From positions 5,216,001 through 5,280,000 of the forward strand of contig OY762209.1 in NCBI GenBank assembly GCA_963665295.1: a stretch of 64,000 nt of DNA, read 5' to 3'. The notes below the pieces were generated by a model. It saw nothing but the letters and a program-made list of their open reading frames with translations, was not told the origin of the DNA and ran no database searches. The stretch comes from Syntrophorhabdaceae bacterium (GTDB lineage: Bacteria > Desulfobacterota > Syntrophorhabdia > Syntrophorhabdales > Syntrophorhabdaceae). This document shows positions 41,189-50,587 of the stretch, in pieces (the first letter of the stretch is position 1; each line of letters starts with the position of its first letter). The position numbers were made by a program, and so were the translations under genes.

Positions 41189-41986
41189 ATGAGTAGAGGG
41201 AAACATGTCCTTTGGGTGCTGGGCATAGCGCTGGCGTCCCTTATAGTCCTTGCCGGGTGCGCGGGAGAAACCGATCAATCCCTGGAGAAGATAAGAAAGA
41301 CAGGGTATATTAGAATCGCCACGACCCCCGGTTACCCTCCATTCACCTACTACAACGCAAAACATGAGCTTATCGGTTTCGACGTCGGCGTGGCGAGGGA
41401 AATCGCGAAAGGGCTCGGCGTCAAATTGGAACTGGTGGCGATCCCGTGGACGAAAATAATCGCGGGCCTCAACAAATGTGAGTACGACGCGGTCCTGGGG
41501 AGCATGTCCATAACGGAAGAAAGGGAAAAACTCGTCGATTTCTCCGTACCCTATTATTATGCGCGGTCCCAGGTGATGGTCCCCAAGGGTTCCCCCCTGA
41601 AGAACCTGAAAGAACTCACCAATAAAAAGATCGGCGTCATGGGGGGCACCACATTCGAAGAGGATGCCAAGGCCCAGGGAATGACCCGCATCTCCCGCTT
41701 TGACACGAACAACGACGCTTTGAACGCCCTCAAGCGGGGAGAGGTTGACGCGGTGGTTACGGACGACGTGGTAGGCATGTACGCAAAGAACCGCCAGGGT
41801 ATCGACGTAGAGCCCCTGGGGGACACCTTGAGCAGCGACAAGATCGCTATCGCCGTCTGCAAGGGGAACCGCACCCTCCTCAAAAAAATCAACGCCGTCA
41901 TCGCGGACATGCAAAAGAACGGCACCCTGACCCGCCTCGTGGAGAGAATGGCTTCGAACAAGTACGACGAACCCACGCAGAAATAG
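41189..41986 (+). CDS. Polar amino acid ABC transporter substrate-binding lipoprotein
   Basis: LAGC lipobox, YPPF, GFDV, ITEERE...FSVPY. Confidence 0.92.
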   Translation: MSRGKHVLWVLGIALASLIVLAGCAGETDQSLEKIRKTGYIRIATTPGYPPFTYYNAKHELIGFDVGVAREIAKGLGVKLELVAIPWTKIIAGLNKCEYDAVLGSMSITEEREKLVDFSVPYYYARSQVMVPKGSPLKNLKELTNKKIGVMGGTTFEEDAKAQGMTRISRFDTNNDALNALKRGEVDAVVTDDVVGMYAKNRQGIDVEPLGDTLSSDKIAIAVCKGNRTLLKKINAVIADMQKNGTLTRLVERMASNKYDEPTQK

Positions 41987-42022
41987 GAACGCCGGAGCGC
42001 GGGAAAAGGGCGCCTCGCACCC

Positions 42023-42589
42023 TTATATCTTCTTGCCTATGGAAAAAGCCCTCCCGAGAGGGACGCCGAGCGCATAGTACTGTTTGAAACCGGGGGCGAA
42101 TACAAGGGGCCTCACCTTTTCGGGGTCGATCCTTCCCTTCTCGTCAACCACCGATTCATCGGCCACGATGTCAAGAATTCCCCCGATGAACTGAGTGTGA
42201 AGGCCCAACTCCAGGACATGGATGAGCTCGCACTGCATGGCAAAGGGGAATTCCTCTATATAGGGCGCGTCCACTACTCCGCTCCTGACGGGCGTAAGTC
42301 CCGTGGCGGCGAACTTATCCACCTTCTTCCCCGTGGCTATGCCGAGATAGTCGACTTCCTTCACATATTTCTCCTGTGCTATGTTCACGGTAAAAGCCTT
42401 CCTTCCCATGATATTACCGTAGGTATAGGTGGCTTTTCTCACAGATATCCCTATGCAGGGGGGTTCCGAGCAGCATATGCCCGCCCAGGCAACGGTCATG
42501 GCATTTGCCTTTCCCTCCGCATCGTACGTTCCTATCACCACCGACGGCGTGGGGTAAAGCAAGGTACCCGCGCCTATGGACTTTTTCAT
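42023..42589 (-). CDS. Flavin reductase-like protein (flavoredoxin family)
   Basis: LYPTP...ANAMTVAW, DAPYIEE, HTQFIG; SD ggagg before 42589. Confidence 0.9.
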   Translation of the reverse strand: MKKSIGAGTLLYPTPSVVIGTYDAEGKANAMTVAWAGICCSEPPCIGISVRKATYTYGNIMGRKAFTVNIAQEKYVKEVDYLGIATGKKVDKFAATGLTPVRSGVVDAPYIEEFPFAMQCELIHVLELGLHTQFIGGILDIVADESVVDEKGRIDPEKVRPLVFAPGFKQYYALGVPLGRAFSIGKKI

Positions 42590-42815
42590 GCCTTCCTCCT
42601 GAATCAAACGGTCCGGCGCCCGCCACCGGACGACCGGCTAACATGATAAACCTATTTGCCCTGTTAATCAACTGCGAAATAAGGTTAACTGCCCCCTCCG
42701 GCCGCCGGAGGGTGGAGGGTGGAGGCCAATTCCTAAGTTTAAATAGGCGGTCCTTACCACCGGAGGGTTCTTAAACCCCACAAATACACCGATTTTACTT
42801 CCCCCTGGGACCGAA

Positions 42816-42835
42816 AGTGTGATATAAATCACACT
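42816..42835. promoter_or_regulatory. CRP/FNR-family (HcpR-like) palindromic operator
   Basis: AGTGTGAT-ATAA-ATCACACT containing TGTGA-N6-TCACA. Confidence 0.7.
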
Positions 42836-43405
42836 GTGATTCACAACATCATAAAAAAGACACGGAGCTATCGTCGTTTCTACCAGAATGAGAAGGTAAC
42901 TCTCGAACAATTGAGGAGCCTCGTGGAACTCGCGCGGCTTTCTGCTTCGGCCTCGAACCTCCAGCCCCTCAAGTTCATACTTTCCTGCGAACCCGAACGG
43001 AACGCCATGATCTTTCCCGTCCTCTCATGGGCAGGCTATCTCAAGGACTGGGACGGCCCCGAGGAAGGCGAAAGGCCCGCCGCATACATAATGCTCCTCG
43101 GCGACAAGGATATCACCGATACATTCGGCGTCAACCACGGCATCGCGGCACAAAGTATCCTCGTGGGAGCGACAGAACTCGGTCTCGGCGGGTGTATTAT
43201 AGGATCCGTGCAGAAGGAGAGGCTCCGCGCCCTTTTCCGTCTGCCCGGCAGATACGAGGTTCTCCTCGTTATCGCCCTTGGAGTGCCTAAGGAGACTGTG
43301 GTCATCGAAGAGGCCCGGGACGGCGACATACGTTACTGGCGCGATGCACAGGGGGTCCACCACGTGCCCAAGCGCCCTCTCAACGATATTATCCTCGACC
43401 TCTGA
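42836..43405 (+). CDS. Nitroreductase family protein
   Basis: RSYRRF, SASASNLQP, GLGGCIIG, HHVPKR. Confidence 0.92.
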   Translation: MIHNIIKKTRSYRRFYQNEKVTLEQLRSLVELARLSASASNLQPLKFILSCEPERNAMIFPVLSWAGYLKDWDGPEEGERPAAYIMLLGDKDITDTFGVNHGIAAQSILVGATELGLGGCIIGSVQKERLRALFRLPGRYEVLLVIALGVPKETVVIEEARDGDIRYWRDAQGVHHVPKRPLNDIILDL

Positions 43406-43438
43406 CAAAGGGGCACACCCGACCATGATTCCCCGCAG

Positions 43439-43699
43439 TCATGGAACCTGCGTCACTCTCTCCTCTCCCCGCCATTGAGCATCGACTTCAGAGTCAAGGC
43501 GTTCTTTACCCCATAGCCCTGATAGTCACTGTCGAAGTAACCAAAGGTCTCCCTGCCCCAGCCCCCTACCTTGCCCCTTCCACCTCCTGAGTTCTCCATT
43601 GCTCAAAGCTGTGTATTATAGTGCCGCTGGTCCATGAAGCCTTATGTACACGAAGGGCTTCTCCGCGTATTCATAGTAGGGAAACCTGCCCGCGCTGCC
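43439..43699 (-). pseudogene. DUF72 (YecE-like) C-terminal remnant
   Basis: FVYIRLHG then stop (43616-43618), frameshift, then GYFDSDYQGYGVKNALTL. Confidence 0.7.
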
Positions 43700-43801
43700 A
43701 TTCCCCCTGCCTCGGGCCGGGCCGATAAAAGAATGGGGATACTGCCGACCGGATGGGCCCACGTGCCGCAGCATGTCCCTGATATACGGCCCTTCGGGCT
43801 T

Positions 43802-43832
43802 AAAAAAAGGGCGTCCCCGAAGGGACGCCCTT
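43802..43832 (-). terminator. Intrinsic terminator of hppA
   Basis: gggcgtccc/gggacgccc stem with T7 tail on minus strand. Confidence 0.85.
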
Positions 43833-43853
43833 ACATGATCTCTTTGCTCGATC

Positions 43854-46295
43854 CTAGAGCTTGTCACCAATTCTCATTCCATAGAAGGACCGGTAGATGA
43901 AAACCAGGGCAACCAGGAAGAATACACATGCGATACCCGTCTTCACGCCCTGAGACTGCATGGTAACCGCGATTTCCGTGGCAAGCAGCCCGAAAAGGGT
44001 CGTGAACTTAATAACGGGGTTCATGGAAACCGAGGAGGTATCCTTGAACGGGTCGCCCACGGTGTCGCCCACAACTGCGGCCTCGTGAAGCGCGGTACCC
44101 TTCTCTTTCAGGTCTACTTCGACGATCTTCTTTGCGTTATCCCATGCGCCGCCGGCGTTAGCCATGAAGATGGCCTGATAGAGTCCGAAGAAGGCGATGG
44201 CGACCAGATAGCCGATGAAGAAGTAGGGGTTAAAGAACGAGAGGGCCAAGGCCATAAAGAAGACGACGATGAAGATGTTGATCATACCCTTCTGGGCGTA
44301 GACCGTACAAATTCTCACGACTTCCTTGCTATCCGAGATTGAAGCCTGCTCACTGTCAAGCTTGATGTTCTCTTTGATGAAAACGACTGCACGGTATGCG
44401 CCGGTTACGACGGCCTGTGTCGCTGCGCCGGTGAACCAGTAGATAACCGCGCCGCCCATGAGGAGACCAAGAATGATCTCAGGCTGTACGAGGCTCAGCT
44501 TGGCAACCGCGCCGCCGTAGATACGTTCGAGAAGGATGATGATGCCGAACACCATGGTGGTTGCACCGACCACGGCAGTACCGATGAGCACCGGTTTTGC
44601 CGTTGCCTTGAAGGTGTTACCCGCGCCGTCAGCCTCTTCCAGGTAGTCTTTACCGTTCTCGAAATCAGGAGTGAAACCGAACTGGCCCTTGATCTCTGCC
44701 GCGATATTGGGAATGGCTTCAATTCTTGAAAGCTCGTACACTGACTGGGCGTTATCGGAAACAGGGCCGAAACTGTCAACACAGATGGTAACGGGACCCA
44801 TGCCGAGGAAACCGAAAGCCACGAGGCCGAAGGCGAAGACCGGCGCCGCGAAGGAAAACTCTTTAGGCATGAGCGCCATGATTGAAGGGTTCATAGATAC
44901 GAGATACGCGATAAGCATAAGGATGAGGATGGTAAGTCCTTCCCAGAAGGCGGAGAAGTTACCTGCCACGAAACCGGACAGGATGTCGAGTGATGCACCA
45001 CCCTGACGGGCAGAAGCAACGACTTCCTGCACGTGACGGGAACTGGTGCTCGTAAATACCTTCGTGAATTCCGGTATCAAAGCGCCGGCGATGGTGCCGC
45101 AACTGATGATAACCGCAAGTGCCCACCACAATGAGGCGTACTGGGCGGGAAGGTCGGAAAGCAGCATGTAGCTCGCCCAGAATGTAACGAGGATCGAAAT
45201 AATGGAAGTTACCCAGACAAGGCTTGTCAGAGGAGCTTCAAAGCTGAATTTCTTCTTGTTGCCATACATCGATGAAGTGATTGCGCCGTTTACGAAGTAG
45301 GAAACCAGAGAGGTGAGGATCATGAGGATACGCATTGCGAAAATCCAGATGATGAGAATGCCGCCCATGGTCGGGTTATCCGCAAGGGCAAGGGCAAGGA
45401 ATGCGATAAGGGCAACGCCCGTTACGCCGTAGGTCTCGAAACCGTCGGCAGTGGGTCCAACGCTGTCGCCCGCGTTGTCGCCGGTACAGTCCGCGATAAC
45501 GCCTGGGTTCTTGGGATCGTCTTCAGGAAGATGGAATACGATCTTCATAAGGTCGGAACCGATATCGGCAATCTTTGTGAAGATACCACCGCAGATTCTG
45601 AGTGCGCTTGCGCCAAGAGATTCACCGATAGCAAAACCGATGAAGCTGGGCCCGATAAGGTCTTTCGGGAGGAACACAAGAATGCAGATCATGAAAAAGA
45701 GTTCAACGGAAACCAGCAGGAGGCCTACGCTCATACCGGAGTTCATGGGGATTTTCACTACTTCATAAGGTTTCCCCTTGAGAGCCGCAAAAGCGGTCCT
45801 TGAATTCGCCCTGGTGTTGATCCTCATGCCGAACCATGCCACGCCGTAGGAACCGAGAATACCGAGGACCGAGCAGAAAAGGATGACGATGATATTGAAG
45901 AATGATGCACCCTGAAGGCCTGCGAAATAATAGACGATACAAATGGCGATCAGGACCCAGAGGATGACGAGGAACTTACCCTGCTGGGCAAGGTAGGACT
46001 TACAGGTCTCCCAAATGATGTCGGAGACATCCAGCATCGACTTGTGAGCCGGTGTGTTCTTGGTCTGGTTATACTGAATGATCGCGAAGACCAGACCGAC
46101 AAGGCAGACGACAAGACCGAAGTACATGATTGAAAGTCCATTCATCGCCCCGCCGAATATATTGAACGAAACTTTGCTGAGATCGGGCAGAACGATGTCC
46201 GCCTCACCCGCGAACGCGTGTGTGGCGAGCAGGAGAAGCATGATGCAAATACTGGAGAAAATTGAGACAGGATTACACTTCTTCAAAAAGCTCAT
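43854..46295 (-). CDS. hppA: Membrane-bound ion-translocating pyrophosphatase, K+-independent type
   Basis: GGIFTKIADIGSDL, DCTGDNAGD, GNTFKA, GGAWDNAKK, GDTVGDPFKDT. Confidence 0.95.
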   Translation of the reverse strand: MSFLKKCNPVSIFSSICIMLLLLATHAFAGEADIVLPDLSKVSFNIFGGAMNGLSIMYFGLVVCLVGLVFAIIQYNQTKNTPAHKSMLDVSDIIWETCKSYLAQQGKFLVILWVLIAICIVYYFAGLQGASFFNIIVILFCSVLGILGSYGVAWFGMRINTRANSRTAFAALKGKPYEVVKIPMNSGMSVGLLLVSVELFFMICILVFLPKDLIGPSFIGFAIGESLGASALRICGGIFTKIADIGSDLMKIVFHLPEDDPKNPGVIADCTGDNAGDSVGPTADGFETYGVTGVALIAFLALALADNPTMGGILIIWIFAMRILMILTSLVSYFVNGAITSSMYGNKKKFSFEAPLTSLVWVTSIISILVTFWASYMLLSDLPAQYASLWWALAVIISCGTIAGALIPEFTKVFTSTSSRHVQEVVASARQGGASLDILSGFVAGNFSAFWEGLTILILMLIAYLVSMNPSIMALMPKEFSFAAPVFAFGLVAFGFLGMGPVTICVDSFGPVSDNAQSVYELSRIEAIPNIAAEIKGQFGFTPDFENGKDYLEEADGAGNTFKATAKPVLIGTAVVGATTMVFGIIILLERIYGGAVAKLSLVQPEIILGLLMGGAVIYWFTGAATQAVVTGAYRAVVFIKENIKLDSEQASISDSKEVVRICTVYAQKGMINIFIVVFFMALALSFFNPYFFIGYLVAIAFFGLYQAIFMANAGGAWDNAKKIVEVDLKEKGTALHEAAVVGDTVGDPFKDTSSVSMNPVIKFTTLFGLLATEIAVTMQSQGVKTGIACVFFLVALVFIYRSFYGMRIGDKL

Positions 46296-46430
46296 TTATA
46301 ACCTCCTTGCAAAAATTTTAAACATGCAACCATAACCCTAAGAATTGCCGTACTGTGTGATTCAACCCCATATTTGTTGAAATTCGCGCCAAAAAAATCG
46401 ATGCCTGATGCACCCCTAGTTTTGGGTAAA

Positions 46431-46459
46431 ACCTTACCCTTATTTTATGCACTTGTCAA
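46431..46459 (-). promoter_or_regulatory. Sigma70-type promoter of hppA
   Basis: TTGACA-17-TAAGGT with upstream AT-rich tract. Confidence 0.6.
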
Positions 46460-47112
46460 ATTAAAAAATTCACAATTAGCACTGAAATATAGTCAATCCT
46501 TCGTAACGGAATTATCTCCGGCCTGTCCCCTTTCTCCATTTCTGTACCGCCCCCGGCCTTCCTCTTCGGCAGCACCCTGCTGAGGGACGTAACACTCCGT
46601 CACGCAACGCCATAAAGCTCAACGCAACGGGGTCAGGGCCCGCTATTGTCCGCCACGCCATAATCGGTCTTGCGGCACGGATTCCGCCCGAGAACCTTTG
46701 TCATTCGCGGTAGGCAATTTCTTCGCATCGGCTCAAAATCGATACCGCCTTTCACCTCCGCGGTGAGGAGTGTAAGCGCCCGGTCATCCCGGCACCCTTC
46801 GCGATCCCGGGGTTGGACACACCTCACCCGCTATGCCCCTATGCGCGCAAAAAACCCCAGGGCTGTCCGGATGGCTTTCTCCCATGCTCTTCCTGTTCGG
46901 GCCTCTTACTAATACCGTCCGTTCATTATTTAAATTATTTCCCCCGGTCATGTCAAGGTTTTTCGATGACACAACAATTTTCTTACGTATTCAATTCGAT
47001 AGGTTACGATTATGTTCGGGTTCGCCCCGCTATGCGAGTTTCTTCCTTAACCGAGCGGCCATGGCACGATGCGGGGCTTTCGCGAAGGCGGCAATGTATG
47101 ATTCCGGGGCGA

Positions 47113-48126
47113 TTACAGTCCGATGCCGTCGATCACGGCTCCGCAAAAGGCGCATGCTCCATCTTTCACCTGATAGTCGCTGATGGCATATCCGTATCTT
47201 TTTATGACCGCTTTCTTGCATGCGTGACAGTAGGTATGTTCGCCTTCGAGTCCGGGGATATTCCCCACATAGACATATCTGAGACCCTCGTCAAGGCCGA
47301 TCTGCCGGGCCCGGACCAGGGTCCCCGCCGGGGTCCTGCCCGCATCGAGGAGTTTGTAGGTGGGATAAAAGGCGCTTACGTGCCAGGGCACTTCCGCGCC
47401 CAGGTCGGTCTTTATGAACCGGGCGATGCCCCTCAGTTCGTTCTCATCGTCGTTATATCCGGGGATCACAAGGGTGGTCAGTTCTATCCAGATACCCAGG
47501 GATTTGTAAAGCCTTATCGTTTCCATCACCTTTGCGAGGTCCGCGGCGCAGACTTTTTTATAAAATCCTTCACTAAAACCTTTGAGGTCGATGTTGGCGC
47601 CGTCGAGGAAGGGTCTTATGGCTCTCAGGGGCTCTTCCTCAATGTATCCGTTCGTCACGAAGTTGTTGAATATGCCCTTCTCCCTTGCCAGCTTCGCAAT
47701 GTCAAAGGCATACTCGTAAAACATGGTAGGCTCCGTGTAAGTGTAGGAGATACTCCTGCAACCCGCTTTTACCGCCATGTCAACGATTTCGCGGGCCTCC
47801 ATCCTCTCCCCGGCAATACACTTTGCGTCCGCCGACATCTGGGATATCTCGTGGTTCTGACAATGCCTGCAGCGAAAGTTACAGCCCACGGTGGCAACGG
47901 AGAACGCCTTCGAGCCGGGGAAAAAATGGTAGAGGGGTTTCTTTTCTATGGGGTCTACATGAGTGGAGCAGGGCATTGCATAGACGAGGGTATAGAGCAG
48001 GCCCCCCTTGTTTACCCGGACCCCGCAAATGCCCCTCGCGCCCTCGCCGATCCGGCAACGGTGTTTGCACAGTCCGCACAGAACCTTGTCATCTTCAAGC
48101 TTTTCGTAAAAAGATGCTTCCTTCAT
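47113..48126 (-). CDS. amrS: AmmeMemoRadiSam system radical SAM enzyme
   Basis: CGLCKHRC, DPIEKKPLYHF, GCNFRCRHCQN, HVSAFYP, YVYVGN. Confidence 0.92.
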   Translation of the reverse strand: MKEASFYEKLEDDKVLCGLCKHRCRIGEGARGICGVRVNKGGLLYTLVYAMPCSTHVDPIEKKPLYHFFPGSKAFSVATVGCNFRCRHCQNHEISQMSADAKCIAGERMEAREIVDMAVKAGCRSISYTYTEPTMFYEYAFDIAKLAREKGIFNNFVTNGYIEEEPLRAIRPFLDGANIDLKGFSEGFYKKVCAADLAKVMETIRLYKSLGIWIELTTLVIPGYNDDENELRGIARFIKTDLGAEVPWHVSAFYPTYKLLDAGRTPAGTLVRARQIGLDEGLRYVYVGNIPGLEGEHTYCHACKKAVIKRYGYAISDYQVKDGACAFCGAVIDGIGL

Positions 48127-48236
48127 CTTTTACCTCGAAGATATGGGCGGAGCGCCGGGCCCTGAGGTTACGGTCTCCGGGCTCCCCTTTGGTGGCGCGG
48201 TCCCGGAGACCCTCCGGGATTTCGCCCCACTTTCTC

Positions 48237-50585
48237 TTATCCGAATATTATTTTAATCACGTCATCCATGTTTTTCACGGGGAGGAACTTCAATTTTCTC
48301 TTTACGTAATCGGGAATTTCACTCAGTTCCCTCTTGTTTTCCTCGGGAATGATCACCTTTTCCATGTTCGCCCTGAGCGCCGCAAGGGTCTTTTCTTTCA
48401 GACCCCCGATGGGAAGGACCCTTCCCGTAAGGGTAATCTCGCCCGTCATGGCGATTTTCCGGTTGAGCGGTTTCTTTGTGAGGGCGCTGATGAGGGCGAC
48501 CGCCATGGTGATCCCCGCGGAGGGTCCATCTTTCGGGATGGCTCCCTGGGGCACGTGGATGTGCGCCTCGAGGGTATCGAAAACCTCCTCGGCGATGCCG
48601 AGGACGTCCGCCTTCGACTTGATGTACGTAAGGGCGGCCTGGGCGGATTCTTTCATCACATCGCCCATCATGCCCGTGAGGGCAAGGTCTTTCTTCCCCT
48701 TTCTGCATGATGCCTCGATGTAGAGCACCTCTCCGCCGGATTCCGTCCATGCGAGACCGCTCGCCACACCGACCGTATCGGTTTCCATGCCGGTTTCGGG
48801 CAGATACTTTGCCGGTCCGAGGTAGGAGTGGAGATTTTTCGAGGTTATGGTCACCTTGCTGCTGTCCCCCTCGGCTATCTTCCGCGCCACCTTCCTCGCC
48901 ACGGCCGCCACTTCCCTTTCGAGGTTCCTCAGACCCGCTTCCCGCGTGTACTCTTCGACCATCTTCTCTACCGCGCCGTCGGCGATACGGAGCACGCCTT
49001 CTTTCAGCCCGTTCTCATCGAATTGTTTCGGGATAAGGTACTTCTTCGCGATGGCCACCTTTTCCTTCTGCGTATAACCCGGTATATATATGGTCTCCAT
49101 CCTGTCCTTCAAGGCGGAAGGTATGGTGTCCACCCGGTTTGCGGTGGTGATGAACATTACCTTCGAAAGGTCAAAGGGGATATTCAGGTAATGATCGCTG
49201 AATGCATAATTCTGCTCCGGATCGAGGACCTCGAGGAGCGCGCTCGACGGGTCTCCCCTGAAATCGGAGCCTATCTTGTCAATCTCGTCCATCATGAAAA
49301 CAGGGTTATTCGTACCCGCCTGCTTCAGGTTCTGTATGATCCTTCCGGGCATGGAACCCACGTAGGTCCTTCTGTGCCCCCTGATCTCCGCCTCGTCTTT
49401 CATGCCTCCGAGAGAGATCCTTGAGAATTTTCTGCCCAGCGCCCTCGCGATGGACTTGCCGAGGGATGTCTTTCCCACGCCGGGAGGTCCCACGAGGCAG
49501 AGGATGGGGCCTTTCAACTCGCCCTTCAATTTTATGACACTCAGGAATTCGAGGATCCTCTCTTTCACCTTCTCCAGGTCGTAGTGGTCTTCGTCGAGGG
49601 TCTCCTTCGCCTTCTTGATATCGATATTGTCTTTTGTGGATTTGCTCCACGGCAGGTCCACAAGCCATTCAATGTAGGTCCTGAGCATGGTGGATTCGAT
49701 GGCGTCGGGATGCATCATGTCGAGGCGTTCGAGTTGCTTCAGTGCCTCCTTTTCCACATCCTTGGGCATCTTCGCCTTTTTTATCTTTTTTCTCAGGTCT
49801 TCGATGTCCTCGGTCCTCTCATCCCCTTCGCCGAGTTCGCTCCTTATGGCCTTCATCTGTTCCCGCAGGAAGTATTCCCGCTGAGTCTTCGACATCTCCT
49901 CCTTGGCCTGGGAGAGTATCTTCGCCTGCATGTTGAGGAGCTCTATTTCTTTTCCGAGGATTTCCGAGAGCTTTCTCAGTCTCTCCACAGGATCGACGAT
50001 TTCGAGGACTTCCTGCGCCTTCTCGACGGCAAGCCCGAGGTTTGCGGCGGCGATATCAGCCAGTTTTCCCGGTTCGTCTATGGTATCGAGGACCATCAAT
50101 ATGTCGGGAGGCACCATCCGCCCCATGGACACGACCTTTTCCATCTCCTCCTTCACATATCTCATGAGGGCTTCGATCTCCAGGGTGATCTCCGTGATCA
50201 GGGGTTCCTCAACAGGCTCCACCCGGACGAGGAACGTGGGGGTTTCCTGCACGTATTCAAGTATGCGCGCCTTCTTGATACCCTGGATGAGCACTTTTAC
50301 CCTTCCGTCGGGCAACCGGAGCATCCTCATGATCTGGGACACGACGCCCACGGAGTAGATGCGCTCCGGCAGGGGGTCTTCATCGGTCAGGTCCTTCTGA
50401 GCGGTCACGAGTATCAGCCTGTCCTTGGAAAGTGACTTTTCAACTGCGTTTATCGACATATCCCTTCCCACAAAAAGTGGAAGGATTACCGATGGATACA
50501 TCACCATGTCCCGAACAGGGAGCAAGGGTAGTGTTTCAGGGATATCAAATGTTTCCATTTCCGTCATATTGTATTGTGCCTCCAT
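48237..50585 (-). CDS. lon: Lon protease
   Basis: GPPGVGKTS, RGHRRTYVG, PKDGPSAG, GGLKEK. Confidence 0.97.
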   Translation of the reverse strand: MEAQYNMTEMETFDIPETLPLLPVRDMVMYPSVILPLFVGRDMSINAVEKSLSKDRLILVTAQKDLTDEDPLPERIYSVGVVSQIMRMLRLPDGRVKVLIQGIKKARILEYVQETPTFLVRVEPVEEPLITEITLEIEALMRYVKEEMEKVVSMGRMVPPDILMVLDTIDEPGKLADIAAANLGLAVEKAQEVLEIVDPVERLRKLSEILGKEIELLNMQAKILSQAKEEMSKTQREYFLREQMKAIRSELGEGDERTEDIEDLRKKIKKAKMPKDVEKEALKQLERLDMMHPDAIESTMLRTYIEWLVDLPWSKSTKDNIDIKKAKETLDEDHYDLEKVKERILEFLSVIKLKGELKGPILCLVGPPGVGKTSLGKSIARALGRKFSRISLGGMKDEAEIRGHRRTYVGSMPGRIIQNLKQAGTNNPVFMMDEIDKIGSDFRGDPSSALLEVLDPEQNYAFSDHYLNIPFDLSKVMFITTANRVDTIPSALKDRMETIYIPGYTQKEKVAIAKKYLIPKQFDENGLKEGVLRIADGAVEKMVEEYTREAGLRNLEREVAAVARKVARKIAEGDSSKVTITSKNLHSYLGPAKYLPETGMETDTVGVASGLAWTESGGEVLYIEASCRKGKKDLALTGMMGDVMKESAQAALTYIKSKADVLGIAEEVFDTLEAHIHVPQGAIPKDGPSAGITMAVALISALTKKPLNRKIAMTGEITLTGRVLPIGGLKEKTLAALRANMEKVIIPEENKRELSEIPDYVKRKLKFLPVKNMDDVIKIIFG

Positions 50586-50587
50586 GA

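Noticed and set aside
46813..48165. 450-aa plus-strand ORF
   Set aside because: Antisense shadow of amrS; the same applies to many other long overlapping ORFs in this GC-rich sequence
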